Notes: generated by a model from the letters alone, not told the origin. A stretch of DNA of 64,000 nt from Acidimicrobiia bacterium (GCA_052148155.1 JBKQIY010000188.1:26090-90089), one strand, 5' to 3'; positions 1-10,081 are shown, counted from the stretch's first letter. Made by a program: numbers and translations.

Positions 1-2078
1 TCACCGAATCACCGACGCTGTTGCCGGCGCATGGCGCCGAACCGGCGTCCAACGGCACACGCGAGCGATCGCCCGGATCTGCGTCTGAAACTCCCCGCAC
101 GCCTGCGACGGCCTCGTCTGCGGCGTCCAACTCGGTCGACGAACAGACGACGACGCCACCGTCGGCCGGCGGGCCTGGCCCGGACGGCGCGCCGAAGAAA
201 CGCCGCCGACGTGGCTCACGCGGCGGGCGTGGACGCAAGAAGCCCGCGACCGCGACAACGCCGAAAGGCGCGGGCGGAGCCGACGACGACGCCCAAACCC
301 TGACCGGAAGCGAAGACTGGACTGACGAGCCCGCCGACCGTGCACTCACCGACGATGACACCACGGCGCAGGCCCGCGACGATGCCGGGCTGTCCGCCGC
401 GCCCGCACCACCACGGGCGCCCCGCGGTCGGCGACCGAATCCGGCGCCGCCGACCGAACCGGCCAAGCCGCGAGTCGGCGACACCCGTCCCGGGCTGCCC
501 TCACCGCCGCCCGGCGCAGCGCACGGTTCGCCCGCATCGGACGCTCCAGGTCCAGAGTCGGGTGACACGCCCGCCAAGAAGCGCCGCCGCCGCCGTGGCG
601 GCCGCGGGCGCGCCAAAACCGGGGGCACCGAACGTCCCGAAGGCGCGCGCCCCGATCGCAATCCGCAACGGTTGGCCCCCACCACCAGCTACGTCGATGC
701 CGGCGCGCAACTGACCGACGTCGACGTTGACGGGACGGCCCTGCTCGACTCCCTCGACAGCAAGACGCTCGCGCGCCGCAGCGGTTCCCATCGCAACGGA
801 CGGCCCGCCGGTCGATACCTCATGGTCGTGCACCAGCGCGACGACGGAATCGCCCACATCGCCGTGCTTGAGGGACGCACGCTCGTGGAACATTACGTCT
901 CGATGCCGACTGACGACACCTTGTCGATCGACGGCAACATCTACCTCGGTCGCGTCCAGAACGTGCTTCCCGGAATGGAGGCCGCGTTCATCGACATCGG
1001 AACGCCGAAGAACGGCGTCCTCTACCGCGGCGACGTCATCTACGACCCTGCCGACGTCGAGGGTGGACAGCGACCACGGATCGAGAGTGTGCTGCGCAAC
1101 GGCCAATCGATCATCGTGCAAGTCACGAAGAATCCGATCGCGCACAAGGGCGCACGGCTCACCCAGGAGGTCAGCCTCGCCGGACGGTTCGTGGTCATGG
1201 TCCCCGGACAGCCGCAGACCTACGGGATCTCGAAGCGCCTGCCCGACGACGAACGCAAACGCTTACGCCAGGTGCTCGACCGGCTGCGTCCCGCCGACGC
1301 CGGACTCATCGTACGCACCGCGGCCGAAGGCGCCACCGAGGACGAACTCGAGCGCGACATGCTTCGCCTGAACGAGCAGTGGCGCCAGATCTCCGAGTTC
1401 GCCAAGAAAGCGAAACCCGGGAGCCTGCTCTACAAGGAGCCGCCGCTCGCAACGCGTTTGATCCGCGAGGAGTTCACGAAAGAATTCCGCGGCGTCGTCA
1501 TCGACGATCGAACGCTGTACGAGGAAGTGAGTTCCTACGTTGACGCAATCGCGCCGGAGCTCGCCGATCGGGTCGAGCACTACAACGCCGAGGCCGAAAA
1601 CCTACCGATCTTTGAGAAGTTCCACGTTCACGAACAGCTCCACAAAGCGCTTGAGCGCAAAGTGTGGCTTCCGTCCGGCGGATCGCTCGTGATTGAGCGG
1701 ACCGAAGCCCTCACCGTGATCGACGTGAACACCGGCAAGAACGTGGGGACATCGAATCTCGAAGAGACCGTGTATCGAAACAACCTCGAAGCCGCCGAGG
1801 CCGTCGCGCGCGAGCTCCGCCTGCGGGACATCGGCGGCATCATCGTCATCGACTTCATCGACATGGAGTCGCGGTCGAACCGCGAAGCCGTGGAGGAGTC
1901 GTTCCGCGAAGCGCTCGCACGCGACAAGACACGCACCCAGGTCTTCCCAATTTCTGAACTGGGCCTGGTCGAGATGACACGCAAACGGGTCTCGGAAGGC
2001 CTGGTCGAGGTGTTCTCCACAACCTGCCCGGAGTGCAACGGGCGTGGATTCATCGTCGACGAGTCCCTTTTGGAGTAG
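1..2078 (+). CDS. rne: Ribonuclease E/G family endoribonuclease (5' end may lie outside the window)
   Basis: Track ORF 21..2078. The frame stays open back to nt 3, so the start is uncertain. A long Arg/Pro/Gly-rich disordered N-terminus is followed by an S1 domain (GNIYLGRVQNVLPGMEAAFIDIG) and an RNase E/G core (VIDVNTGK, IIVIDFIDM). It sits in the conserved rne-rplU-rpmA-obg order. Confidence 0.9.
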   Translation, partial: TESPTLLPAHGAEPASNGTRERSPGSASETPRTPATASSAASNSVDEQTTTPPSAGGPGPDGAPKKRRRRGSRGGRGRKKPATATTPKGAGGADDDAQTLTGSEDWTDEPADRALTDDDTTAQARDDAGLSAAPAPPRAPRGRRPNPAPPTEPAKPRVGDTRPGLPSPPPGAAHGSPASDAPGPESGDTPAKKRRRRRGGRGRAKTGGTERPEGARPDRNPQRLAPTTSYVDAGAQLTDVDVDGTALLDSLDSKTLARRSGSHRNGRPAGRYLMVVHQRDDGIAHIAVLEGRTLVEHYVSMPTDDTLSIDGNIYLGRVQNVLPGMEAAFIDIGTPKNGVLYRGDVIYDPADVEGGQRPRIESVLRNGQSIIVQVTKNPIAHKGARLTQEVSLAGRFVVMVPGQPQTYGISKRLPDDERKRLRQVLDRLRPADAGLIVRTAAEGATEDELERDMLRLNEQWRQISEFAKKAKPGSLLYKEPPLATRLIREEFTKEFRGVVIDDRTLYEEVSSYVDAIAPELADRVEHYNAEAENLPIFEKFHVHEQLHKALERKVWLPSGGSLVIERTEALTVIDVNTGKNVGTSNLEETVYRNNLEAAEAVARELRLRDIGGIIVIDFIDMESRSNREAVEESFREALARDKTRTQVFPISELGLVEMTRKRVSEGLVEVFSTTCPECNGRGFIVDESLLE

Positions 2079-2139
2079 ATCCGCTAACGTTTCGGGCTTC
2101 TGGACTGAGCACGATGACGCTGACGATGACGAGGAAATG

Positions 2140-2442
2140 ATGTACGCAGTGATCCAAACCGGCGGCAAGCAATACAAGGTCGCCGAAGGCGACCGGCTCG
2201 ACGTCGAGCTCCTCGACGGAGACGACGTCACGTTGCGCCCCGTCCTCGTCGTAGACGGTGAACAGGTGCTCTCGACTCCCGACGCACTTTCCGGCGTGTC
2301 AGTCACCGCGCGGATCGTCGGCCGCGCCAAAGGGCCGAAGATCCGCGGCTTCACCTACAAGAACAAGTCGAACCAGCGCCGCTCGTGGGGTCACCGCCAG
2401 CACTACTCGACCATCGAGATCACCACGATCTCCAAGAGCTAG
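2140..2442 (+). CDS. rplU: 50S ribosomal protein L21
   Basis: MYAVIQTGGKQYKVAEGDRL is a canonical L21 N-terminus. The ATG at 2140 (or 2137) follows GAGGAA. The track ORF start at 2044 is an upstream extension overlapping the rne 3' end. Confidence 0.95.
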   Translation: MYAVIQTGGKQYKVAEGDRLDVELLDGDDVTLRPVLVVDGEQVLSTPDALSGVSVTARIVGRAKGPKIRGFTYKNKSNQRRSWGHRQHYSTIEITTISKS

Positions 2443-2457
2443 GCGAGAGGGTCTGCC

Positions 2458-2712
2458 ATGTCGAAAAAGAAGGGTGCCGCCTCATCGCGTAACGGTCGCG
2501 ACTCGAACGCGCAACGGTTGGGCGTCAAGCGCTTCAGCGGCGAGACGGTGACCGCGGGCACGATCATCGTGCGCCAGCGAGGAACCCAATGGCACCCGGG
2601 ATTCAACGTCGGCCTCGGCGATGACGACACCTTGTTCGCCAAGTCGCACGGCGTCGTAAAATTTGGTTCGCGACGCGGACGCAAGCTCGTCGACATCGTC
2701 CCCGAAACCTGA
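2458..2712 (+). CDS. rpmA: 50S ribosomal protein L27
   Basis: [29 protein letters not shown]...[13 protein letters not shown] is canonical L27. It lies directly after rplU. Confidence 0.96.
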   Translation: MSKKKGAASSRNGRDSNAQRLGVKRFSGETVTAGTIIVRQRGTQWHPGFNVGLGDDDTLFAKSHGVVKFGSRRGRKLVDIVPET

Positions 2713-2725
2713 GCTCGGCCGCACA

Positions 2726-5068
2726 TCACGCGCGAGGTGTGAGTCCTTCGGGCAACGGTTGCGCGTGCACTACCGCGAGGGTCTTCGTCGTGCGGGTAAT
2801 CGTGACGTACAGCAGGCGTAGCCCGGCGCGATCCGCCCTCACCAGCTGCGCAGGTTCGACGACGACCACGTGATCGAACTCGAGGCCCTTGGCCTCGGCG
2901 GGCTCGAGTACCGCGACTGGCGCATCCAGTGCCTCGCTCGCGTCACTCGACGCGCCGACATCAGCGAAGCGCGAGATGATCTGCGCGTGCAATGCCGCCG
3001 GCGCGATCACGGCCAGGGTCCCGGTGCGATCGAGGGCTGCCCGGGCCTGCGCGGCCGTTTCGTCGATCAAACGATCCGCGGTGGTCGGAACGAACCGGGG
3101 CTGTTCGCCAGTGCTGCGGACCGAACGGGACGGCTCGACCGTCGGTGCCGCGACCGCCAGCAGTCGCGCCGCGACGTCCATCACCTCGGCCGGGGTTCGG
3201 TAGTTGATCGTCAGGGTGACGAAACGGGCCGACGTGTGCTGCGGCAGGTGGGCGAGCACGTCAGACCACGAGGCGAGCGCGCCGGGCCGGCTGGCCTGAC
3301 CGGGATCGCCGACGAGGGTCATCGACCCTGACGGGCAGCGGCGAGTGAGCATCCGCCACTGCATCGAGGTGAGGTCCTGCGCCTCGTCCACGAGCACATG
3401 ACCGAAGGTGCGGGGTTCGATCGACGGTTCCGCACCGTTGGAGGGCGGCGCCCCACTGTTGCGTCGCGCCAGGGTGGCCGCATCGGTGTAGCCGTGCAGC
3501 CCGAGCTCGTCGATCACCCGAGACGCCCGGTCGAGCTCTTCGTCGCCGCCCCGCGTTCGCCGAGATCTCGGCCGGGCGGCGTCGACGGGCCCGAGCCGTG
3601 CGTCGGCTTCGTCGATCAGGGCGACGTCGTCTTCGGTCCAGGCGACGGCGGTGACGTCACGTGCCCGTGGCCGATGCAGCGCGGCCTGCTCGACGTCGGT
3701 GAACAACCCTTGTGCGGCCGATCGGACAAGGGCCGCGAACCCCAGCAGGTCGTTGATCAGCTCGGCTCCGGACAGCACCGGCCACATACGTTCGAGGGCT
3801 TCTTTGACCTCGGGGCGACCCCGAAACCGTGCACGGAGCTCCTGCTCCCAGCCTTCGGGTAGCGCCTCGCCGCGCACGAGCGCACCCGCGACGCTCGCGT
3901 CGAGCGTGGTGTCGCGGTCGAACAGGCTCGTCACATTCGGCGCAGGAGCGTCTTCGGCTCGCCGCTGGTACGCGCGAATCGCCGCCGCCTTGTAGCGCGT
4001 CACGAGCAGGTCGACGAAGCGTTGCGCGAAGTGGGGACGCTGCTCGTTGTGCAATCCTCGACGGCGTTGCACCGTCTCCACGAGGCGAGCGGTCTCGCGT
4101 CGGCGTACCCGCAGCTGCAGGCCGTCAAGGAGGATCGAGAAGTCGTGAGGAAGAGAACGTTCTCGGTCACGGACCGCCCGCTCGACGACGCGTGCCATGC
4201 GCCCGTCTCCTTTGAGCGCCGCGGTCGTGTCGGGATCTGTGCCCTGCACGCGAATGCTCGGGCGGAGTCCGGCGATCGTCGAGAGCTGCACGTCTTGTTC
4301 GCCGAGCGAGGGCAACACGTGCTCGATGTAGCGCAGGAACACCGGGCTCGGACCGACCAGCAACACGCCCTGCGCGCCGAGCCGGCGACGGAACGTATAC
4401 AGGAGGTACGCGGCGCGGTGCAGCGCCACCGCGGTCTTGCCTGTGCCGGGACCGCCGGCGACCACCAACGGCCCGGCGACCTCGGCGCGGATGGCTTCGT
4501 CCTGCTCGGCCTGGATCGTCGCGACGATGTCGCCCATCCGGCCCGTGCGATTCCGTTCAAGCGCCGCGAGGAGCGCGCCTTCGCCGGCGATCGGGAGCCC
4601 GGCCTCGTCGATGGCCTGCTGGTCGAACACCTCGTCGTCCAGGCCGACCAGCTCACGACCCTTGCGGGAGATGAGGTGGCGGCGCCGCACCACCGCCATT
4701 GGTTCGACCGCCGTTGCCCGGTAGAACGGCTCCGACACCGGAGCCCGCCAGTCGACGACGAGCGGGGTGTGTTCCTCGTCTTCGACGGCGATTCGGCCGA
4801 CGTACCACCGGGAACGATCCTCCATGTCGAGGCGGCCGAACATGAGTGGGGCGTCGCCGATGTCAAGGTCGGACAGCCGCCGCTGGGTGACGTTCCAGGC
4901 GATGTCACGCTCGAGCCGGGCCTGATGGGTACCGCCGGCCCGCACATCGGCGTAGGCGGCACGCACCCGCTCCGCTGCTGCTCTCATCGCCTCCAAGCGG
5001 GCATACGCGGCGTCGACATAGGCCTGCTCGGAATCGAGCTCAGGATCAGCGTGCGGTCCGTCAGTCAA
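2726..5068 (-). CDS. helD: HelD-like UvrD/Rep superfamily-1 helicase (RNA-polymerase-associated type)
   Basis: N-terminal VVDWRAPVSEPFY motif typical of HelD. Walker A GGPGTGKTAVALHRAAYLLY, VDEAQDLTSMQW, and C-terminal KGLEFDHVVVV...YVTITRTTKTL. I place the start at TTG 5068, preceded by GAGGGA. The ATG at 5149 would overlap the start codon of the divergent gene (CATG), and the track start at 5260 is a further extension. Confidence 0.85.
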   Translation of the reverse strand: MTDGPHADPELDSEQAYVDAAYARLEAMRAAAERVRAAYADVRAGGTHQARLERDIAWNVTQRRLSDLDIGDAPLMFGRLDMEDRSRWYVGRIAVEDEEHTPLVVDWRAPVSEPFYRATAVEPMAVVRRRHLISRKGRELVGLDDEVFDQQAIDEAGLPIAGEGALLAALERNRTGRMGDIVATIQAEQDEAIRAEVAGPLVVAGGPGTGKTAVALHRAAYLLYTFRRRLGAQGVLLVGPSPVFLRYIEHVLPSLGEQDVQLSTIAGLRPSIRVQGTDPDTTAALKGDGRMARVVERAVRDRERSLPHDFSILLDGLQLRVRRRETARLVETVQRRRGLHNEQRPHFAQRFVDLLVTRYKAAAIRAYQRRAEDAPAPNVTSLFDRDTTLDASVAGALVRGEALPEGWEQELRARFRGRPEVKEALERMWPVLSGAELINDLLGFAALVRSAAQGLFTDVEQAALHRPRARDVTAVAWTEDDVALIDEADARLGPVDAARPRSRRTRGGDEELDRASRVIDELGLHGYTDAATLARRNSGAPPSNGAEPSIEPRTFGHVLVDEAQDLTSMQWRMLTRRCPSGSMTLVGDPGQASRPGALASWSDVLAHLPQHTSARFVTLTINYRTPAEVMDVAARLLAVAAPTVEPSRSVRSTGEQPRFVPTTADRLIDETAAQARAALDRTGTLAVIAPAALHAQIISRFADVGASSDASEALDAPVAVLEPAEAKGLEFDHVVVVEPAQLVRADRAGLRLLYVTITRTTKTLAVVHAQPLPEGLTPRA

Positions 5069-5147
5069 TCGGTCCCTCGGGAATCGGGGAGAGAGCAGTT
5101 TAGTCGCCGGAGCTTCGCGGCCCACGGGGCCGGTATCGTCGCGAAGC

Positions 5148-5777
5148 ATGTCCCGTCCGGCCGCACTGCACTTCACTGCGAATCCCGCCGCCAATCGGCT
5201 GCTCGCCGAGGAGCCGCTCGCGGTGCTGGTCGGGATGCTGCTCGACCAGCAGGTGACCATGGAATGGGCGTTCGGCGCGCCGCTGCTGTTGAAGCAGCGA
5301 CTCGACGTCGATCGGCTCGACGCCGCCGCGATCGCGGCGATGGATCCGGTCCGCCTCGAAGAAGTGTTCCGCGACAGACCCGCGTTGCATCGCTATCCGG
5401 CATCGATGGCGAAACGCACGTACGACCTTTGCCGCCACATCGTGGAGCACTACAACGGACGGCCCGAAGATCTGTGGACAGGCGCCACGACCGGCGAGGA
5501 GCTGCTCGCGCGGGTTGAGGCCCTACCCGGATTCGGCCACGACAAGTCGCGGATCTTTGTCGGCGTGCTCGGCAAGCGGCTCGGTGTGCGCCCTCCCGGG
5601 TGGGAGCAAGTCGCGGCCGACTGGCCTTCGATCGCCGACGTCGACACGTTCGAGCGGGTCGGAGAGATCCGCGACAAAAAGCGCGCCGCGAAGGCCGCGA
5701 AGAGGTCGGCCGCACCGAAGAAGCCGGCTGCAACGAAGAAGCCGGCTGGACCGAAGAAGCCGGCGTCGGCTCACTAG
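5148..5777 (+). CDS. HhH-GPD-type base-excision-repair family protein with a Lys/Ala/Pro-rich C-terminal tail
   Basis: N-terminus LHFTANPAANRLLAEEPLAVLVGMLLDQQVTMEWAFGAP...HRYPASMAKR matches the short actinobacterial HhH-GPD family as I recall it. The tail is KKRAAKAAKRSAAPKKPAATKKPAGPKKPASAH. Confidence 0.75.
   Translation: MSRPAALHFTANPAANRLLAEEPLAVLVGMLLDQQVTMEWAFGAPLLLKQRLDVDRLDAAAIAAMDPVRLEEVFRDRPALHRYPASMAKRTYDLCRHIVEHYNGRPEDLWTGATTGEELLARVEALPGFGHDKSRIFVGVLGKRLGVRPPGWEQVAADWPSIADVDTFERVGEIRDKKRAAKAAKRSAAPKKPAATKKPAGPKKPASAH
5715..5768 (+). repeat. Three tandem copies of an 18-bp unit inside the coding tail (PKKPAA/TKKPAG/PKKPAS)
   Basis: ccgaagaagccggctgca / acgaagaagccggctgga / ccgaagaagccggcgtcg are read directly and are contiguous. 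Confidence 0.9.
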
Positions 5778-6223
5778 CTCGCGTTTGACTCTCGTTCGGT
5801 GATCGTCAACGACTTGGTGACGGTTTCGCCGTTCCGGCCGCGAGCAGTGATGACATACGTTTGCGGGTTGCCATCGCAGGCGAGCGGCACCAGCTCGTCG
5901 CGCGTACCGTTGGGGTACGACGCGAACACCGGCCCGCCGTTGATCTGCAAGGTCACCGACCTCGCCTGCCGAGTGGCCCAGCGCAGTTCGACCTGCGTCG
6001 GCGCGTTGCATACCAGCGGCTGACTCGGCCCGGCGAGTGAGACGATCCGCACGTTGGACGCAGCCGCGGTGGTCGTCGAAGCCGGAAGGCCGCTCGACGA
6101 AGGCAGCGCAGCCGACGTCGCCGTCGTCGTGGCCGGGCTCGCGGCGTGGTTGGCGGAACACGCGGTGAGCGCCACGATCGCGGCAGTCGCCGACCAAAAG
6201 GCAACCCGCGACCGGCGCATCAC
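5774..6223 (-). CDS. Putative lipoprotein, function unknown
   Basis: Signal peptide with lipobox (AAIVALTAC), a Ser/Thr/Ala-rich linker, then a roughly 100-aa beta-rich domain with two Cys. The stop codon shares the CTAG at 5774-5777 with the convergent gene. Confidence 0.65.
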   Translation of the reverse strand: MMRRSRVAFWSATAAIVALTACSANHAASPATTTATSAALPSSSGLPASTTTAAASNVRIVSLAGPSQPLVCNAPTQVELRWATRQARSVTLQINGGPVFASYPNGTRDELVPLACDGNPQTYVITARGRNGETVTKSLTITERESNAS

Positions 6224-6278
6224 CCGATCGTAGGGAGAACCGGCCAGGCCTCAGCGGCGCGGTCCGTATCCTGTCCCA

Positions 6279-7511
6279 GTGTCCGGCTTCGTCGACGTCG
6301 CGCAGTGCAACGTGCAGGGTGGCAACGGCGGCGCCGGCTGTGTCGCGTTTCGACGCGAAGCGCACGTGCCGCGTGGCGGTCCCGACGGCGGCGACGGCGG
6401 CCGCGGCGGCGACGTCTGGCTGCGCGCCAGTCGGAACGTCGCGTCGTTGCTCGCATTCCGCGACCATCCGCACCGCAAGGCCGGATCCGGCACGCACGGT
6501 TCCGGCAAGAAGCAGCACGGCATGAGCGCCGCAGACCTCTTCGTTGACGTTCCCGAGGGAACCGTCGTGTACGGGCCTGACAACGAGGTACTCGCCGATC
6601 TCGTACGCCACGGCGACCAGTGGATCGCGGCTCGTGGCGGTCAGGGCGGACGCGGCAACGCCCGTTTCTTGTCGAACGCGCGCCGCGCGCCGAGTTTCGC
6701 CGAGCAAGGCGAGTACGGCGAGGAGCGCTGGCTTCGACTCGAGCTGAAGCTGCTGGCCGACGCGGCACTGATCGGATTCCCCAACGCCGGCAAGTCAACA
6801 CTGATCTCGGCTATAAGTGCGGCGAAACCGAAGATCGCCGCGTACCCGTTCACGACCCTCGAACCTCACCTCGGCGTCGTCCGTTGGCGCGACCGTGAGT
6901 TTGTGGTCGCCGACATGCCCGGCCTGATCGAGGGCGCGGCCGAAGGGCGCGGATTGGGTCACCAGTTCTTACGGCATATCGAACGGGCCCGTGTGCTGGT
7001 CGTGTTGTGTGATCTGGCGCCCGTCGATGGCCGCACGCCCGACGAGCAACGACGCGTGTTACTCGACGAGCTGGGTCGCTACCGACCGGAACTCCTCGAT
7101 CGGCCCCGGGTCGTCGTCGGCAGTAAAGCCGACGTCGCGACCGAGCCGTTCGATGGGCTGACGGTTTCGGCCGTGACCCGCGCCGGGCTGGACGACCTCG
7201 TCAGTCAGGTCGCAGTCCTCGTCGACGAGGCTCGGAGCGCCGAACGAGAGCCGGAACCGTTCGTCGTGCTCCGTCCGGCGGAGCAGGGCTTCTCTGTACT
7301 GCGCGAGGGTTCGCACGCGTGGCGAGTCAAAGGACGTCCGGCCGAGCGGGCGGTCGCGCTGGCCGACATCACGACCGCCGACGCGATCGCGTACATCCAG
7401 CAGCGGCTGCGCCGGATGGGTGTGGAGCGCGCACTCGCGCGCGCAGGAGCTCGAGACGGAGACGTTGTGCGAATCGGCACGGTCGAACTCACCTACGAGG
7501 AGGCCGTATGA
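6279..7511 (+). CDS. obg: GTPase Obg/CgtA
   Basis: Gly-rich Obg fold (GGNGGAGCVAFRREAHVPRGGPDGGDGGRGGDV), G1 motif GFPNAGKSTL, and a C-terminal OCT-like domain. Confidence 0.95.
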   Translation: MSGFVDVAQCNVQGGNGGAGCVAFRREAHVPRGGPDGGDGGRGGDVWLRASRNVASLLAFRDHPHRKAGSGTHGSGKKQHGMSAADLFVDVPEGTVVYGPDNEVLADLVRHGDQWIAARGGQGGRGNARFLSNARRAPSFAEQGEYGEERWLRLELKLLADAALIGFPNAGKSTLISAISAAKPKIAAYPFTTLEPHLGVVRWRDREFVVADMPGLIEGAAEGRGLGHQFLRHIERARVLVVLCDLAPVDGRTPDEQRRVLLDELGRYRPELLDRPRVVVGSKADVATEPFDGLTVSAVTRAGLDDLVSQVAVLVDEARSAEREPEPFVVLRPAEQGFSVLREGSHAWRVKGRPAERAVALADITTADAIAYIQQRLRRMGVERALARAGARDGDVVRIGTVELTYEEAV

Positions 7512-8602
7512 GCTCCTCGCTGTCTGTGATCAAGATCGGCACATCGTCGATCACGCTTCCGTCCGGCGAACTCGACGAAACCGCGCTCGTGAAGTTGGCC
7601 GACGATCTTGCCGGCGCGCGCGCCGACGGCTGCCGGGTTGTACTGGTCATGTCCGGCGCGATCGCCGCGGGTATGCCCGCACTCGGCCTCACCACCCGGC
7701 CGACAGATATCGGGACGCTCCAGGCGATTGCAGCTGTCGGTCAACCTCGCTTGCTCGAACGCATGAGCGCGCTGCTCGGCAAGCATGACGTCGTGGCCGG
7801 GCAGGTGTTGCTCACGCCCTACGACTTCTTCCATCGGTCGCAATACCTTCACGCCCGCATGACCATGCAACATCTTCTCGACCTCGGCGTCCTTCCGATC
7901 GTCAACGAAAACGACACCGTCGCCGACGACGAGATCCGTTACGGCGACAATGATCGCCTCGCGGCGCTCGTGTCGCACATGTTGGGCGCCGAAGTGTTGC
8001 TCATGCTGACCGATACGGCCGGAGTGTTCACCGCGGATCCGCGTCGCGACAACGAGGCTTCCCTGATCGAAGAGATCGTAGAGATCGACGCTGCACTCGA
8101 GGAAGCGGTGGGTGGCGCCGGCACCGATCGGGGCAGCGGGGGAATGGCAAGCAAGCTTGCGGCCGCCAAGATCGCCGCCTGGTCAGGCGTGCGTGCCGTG
8201 ATCGCGTCGGCGGCCCTTCCTGGTGTTGTCGCAGACGCACTCGCGGGACGTTCGGTGGGTACGTCGTTCGCGCCTCGGGCGCACCGGCTGGCGAGCCGCA
8301 AGCTCTGGATCGCGTTCGCGCGTGCCTCCGAAGGCAGGATCGCCGTTGATGCCGGCGCACGGCGCGCGCTGGTGGACGGCGGCAAGTCGTTGCTGGCGGC
8401 CGGGGTCCGCGACGTGGACGGCGACTTCGACGCGGATGCCACCGTTGAAATCGTCGACGATCTCGGCGCGGTCTTCGCGAAAGGCCTGTGCCGTTACACC
8501 TCGCGTCAGCTGGTGGAGTACCGGGGCCGCCGAACGGCCGACCTGCCCGAAGGATTCCCCCACGAGGTCGTCCACCGCGACGACTTGGTCGTCCTGGCAT
8601 AA
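7508..8602 (+). CDS. proB: Glutamate 5-kinase
   Basis: MSSSLSVIKIGTSSIT..., an amino-acid-kinase fold and a C-terminal PUA-like region. The ATG overlaps the obg stop (ATGA). The track start at 7319 is an extension inside obg. Confidence 0.93.
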   Translation: MSSSLSVIKIGTSSITLPSGELDETALVKLADDLAGARADGCRVVLVMSGAIAAGMPALGLTTRPTDIGTLQAIAAVGQPRLLERMSALLGKHDVVAGQVLLTPYDFFHRSQYLHARMTMQHLLDLGVLPIVNENDTVADDEIRYGDNDRLAALVSHMLGAEVLLMLTDTAGVFTADPRRDNEASLIEEIVEIDAALEEAVGGAGTDRGSGGMASKLAAAKIAAWSGVRAVIASAALPGVVADALAGRSVGTSFAPRAHRLASRKLWIAFARASEGRIAVDAGARRALVDGGKSLLAAGVRDVDGDFDADATVEIVDDLGAVFAKGLCRYTSRQLVEYRGRRTADLPEGFPHEVVHRDDLVVLA

Positions 8603-8796
8603 ATGTTGGGCCCGTCCCTCGGACTCCAGCTCAGCAGTGCTGATCATGTCGTTCACCACGATCGTGGCGCGATCCGTGCGACCCGGTTGCGGGCATCGCA
8701 TCCGCACCGGTCCGGACCTTTGTCGCCGACGTTCGCATACGCCAAAACGCGAAATCCCACTGACTTGACCGACCGGTCAAGGGGTAGCCTGGAACT

Positions 8797-10044
8797 ATGA
8801 CGAGCGTCGTGGAGCTGGGCGAACGGGCCAAGACCGCGAGCCGAGCGCTGGCCACGGCCTCAACGTCGGCAAAAAACTCTGCCCTGCTCACCGCGGCGGA
8901 CCTGCTGGCCGAGCGGGCCGCCGAGATCCAAGCGGCCAATGACGCCGACCTCGACGCAGCCGACGCGGGGGGAATGGCCGCCGGACCGCTCGATCGTCTC
9001 CGGCTCACCGACGCGCGCCTCGCCGGCATGGCCAACGGGTTGCGAACCGTCGCCGGGCTCGCCGACCCGGTCGGTGAGGTGCTCGACGGCTGGACACGCC
9101 CGAACGGACTGCAGATCACTCGGGTGCGGGTACCGCTCGGAGTGATCGCGATCATTTACGAGAACCGTCCGAACGTCACCAGCGATGCGGCCGGCTTGTG
9201 CATTAAGGCCGGCAACGCGTCGTTGCTGCGAGGAAGTTCGACCGCGCTACGTTCGAACCTCGCGGTCGCGTCGGTGCTGCGCGATGCCCTGTCGAAACAT
9301 GGCCTCCCCGAGGACGCAGTGATCCTCGTTGAAGATACGGCGTACGAGACAGCGACCGCCGTGATGCAGCTCACCGACTACGTCGACTGTCTCATCCCCC
9401 GCGGCGGTCCGTCGCTGATCCGAAGCATTCGCGAGAACGCGACGGTTCCAGTGATCATCGACGGTGACGGCAACTGTCACGTGTACGTCGACGAATCGGC
9501 CGACCTCGACGAAGCGACGAAGATCGTCGTGAACGCCAAAACCCAGCGAACAAGCGTATGCAACACGGCCGAATCTCTCGTCGTGCACGCCGCGGTCGCG
9601 GACACGTTCGTCCCGCGCATTGCCCGCATTTTGCACGACCATGGCGTCGAACTGGTCGGCGACGACGAGAGTCGCAGGCGCTCATCGCATATCGAACCGG
9701 TCGCCGACGGAGACTTCGGCCGCGAGTTCCTCGACCTCAAGATGTCTGTCGCCGTGGTGACGGATCTCGACCGCGCCATCGCGCACGTGAACCGTTACGG
9801 TACCGGCCACAGTGAGGCGATCCTGACCCGCGATTTGGCATCGGCTCGGCGGTTCACCACCGAGGTCGACGCCGCAGCCGTGATCGTGAACGCGTCGACG
9901 CGGTTCACCGATGGCGAGGAGTTCGGCTTCGGCGCTGAGATCGGCATCTCCACCCAAAAGTTGCACGCTCGGGGTCCGATGGGTCTGCGCGAGCTCACCA
10001 CCTATAAGTACGTCGTCTGGGGCGACGGTCAGATCCGCGGCTGA
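8797..10044 (+). CDS. proA: Glutamate-5-semialdehyde dehydrogenase
   Basis: Full-length aldehyde-dehydrogenase-type ProA (IYENRPNVT, CNTAESLVVH, NASTRFTDGEEFGFGAEIGISTQKLHARGPMG). Confidence 0.95.
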   Translation: MTSVVELGERAKTASRALATASTSAKNSALLTAADLLAERAAEIQAANDADLDAADAGGMAAGPLDRLRLTDARLAGMANGLRTVAGLADPVGEVLDGWTRPNGLQITRVRVPLGVIAIIYENRPNVTSDAAGLCIKAGNASLLRGSSTALRSNLAVASVLRDALSKHGLPEDAVILVEDTAYETATAVMQLTDYVDCLIPRGGPSLIRSIRENATVPVIIDGDGNCHVYVDESADLDEATKIVVNAKTQRTSVCNTAESLVVHAAVADTFVPRIARILHDHGVELVGDDESRRRSSHIEPVADGDFGREFLDLKMSVAVVTDLDRAIAHVNRYGTGHSEAILTRDLASARRFTTEVDAAAVIVNASTRFTDGEEFGFGAEIGISTQKLHARGPMGLRELTTYKYVVWGDGQIRG

Positions 10045-10081
10045 GCCCGGCCCCCACCCGAATCAGGAGTTCGCACCCGTC

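Noticed and set aside
5523-6707. 394-aa minus-strand ORF spanning three genes
   Set aside because: It crosses the HhH-GPD gene, the lipoprotein gene and the obg 5' end. It is out of frame with the lipoprotein and is an Arg-rich shadow ORF.
8764-8781. Palindrome CTTGACC-gacc-GGTCAAG 16 nt upstream of proA
   Set aside because: It is real in the sequence, but it is short (7-bp arms) and I know of no associated regulator. It could be a minor hairpin or a chance occurrence.
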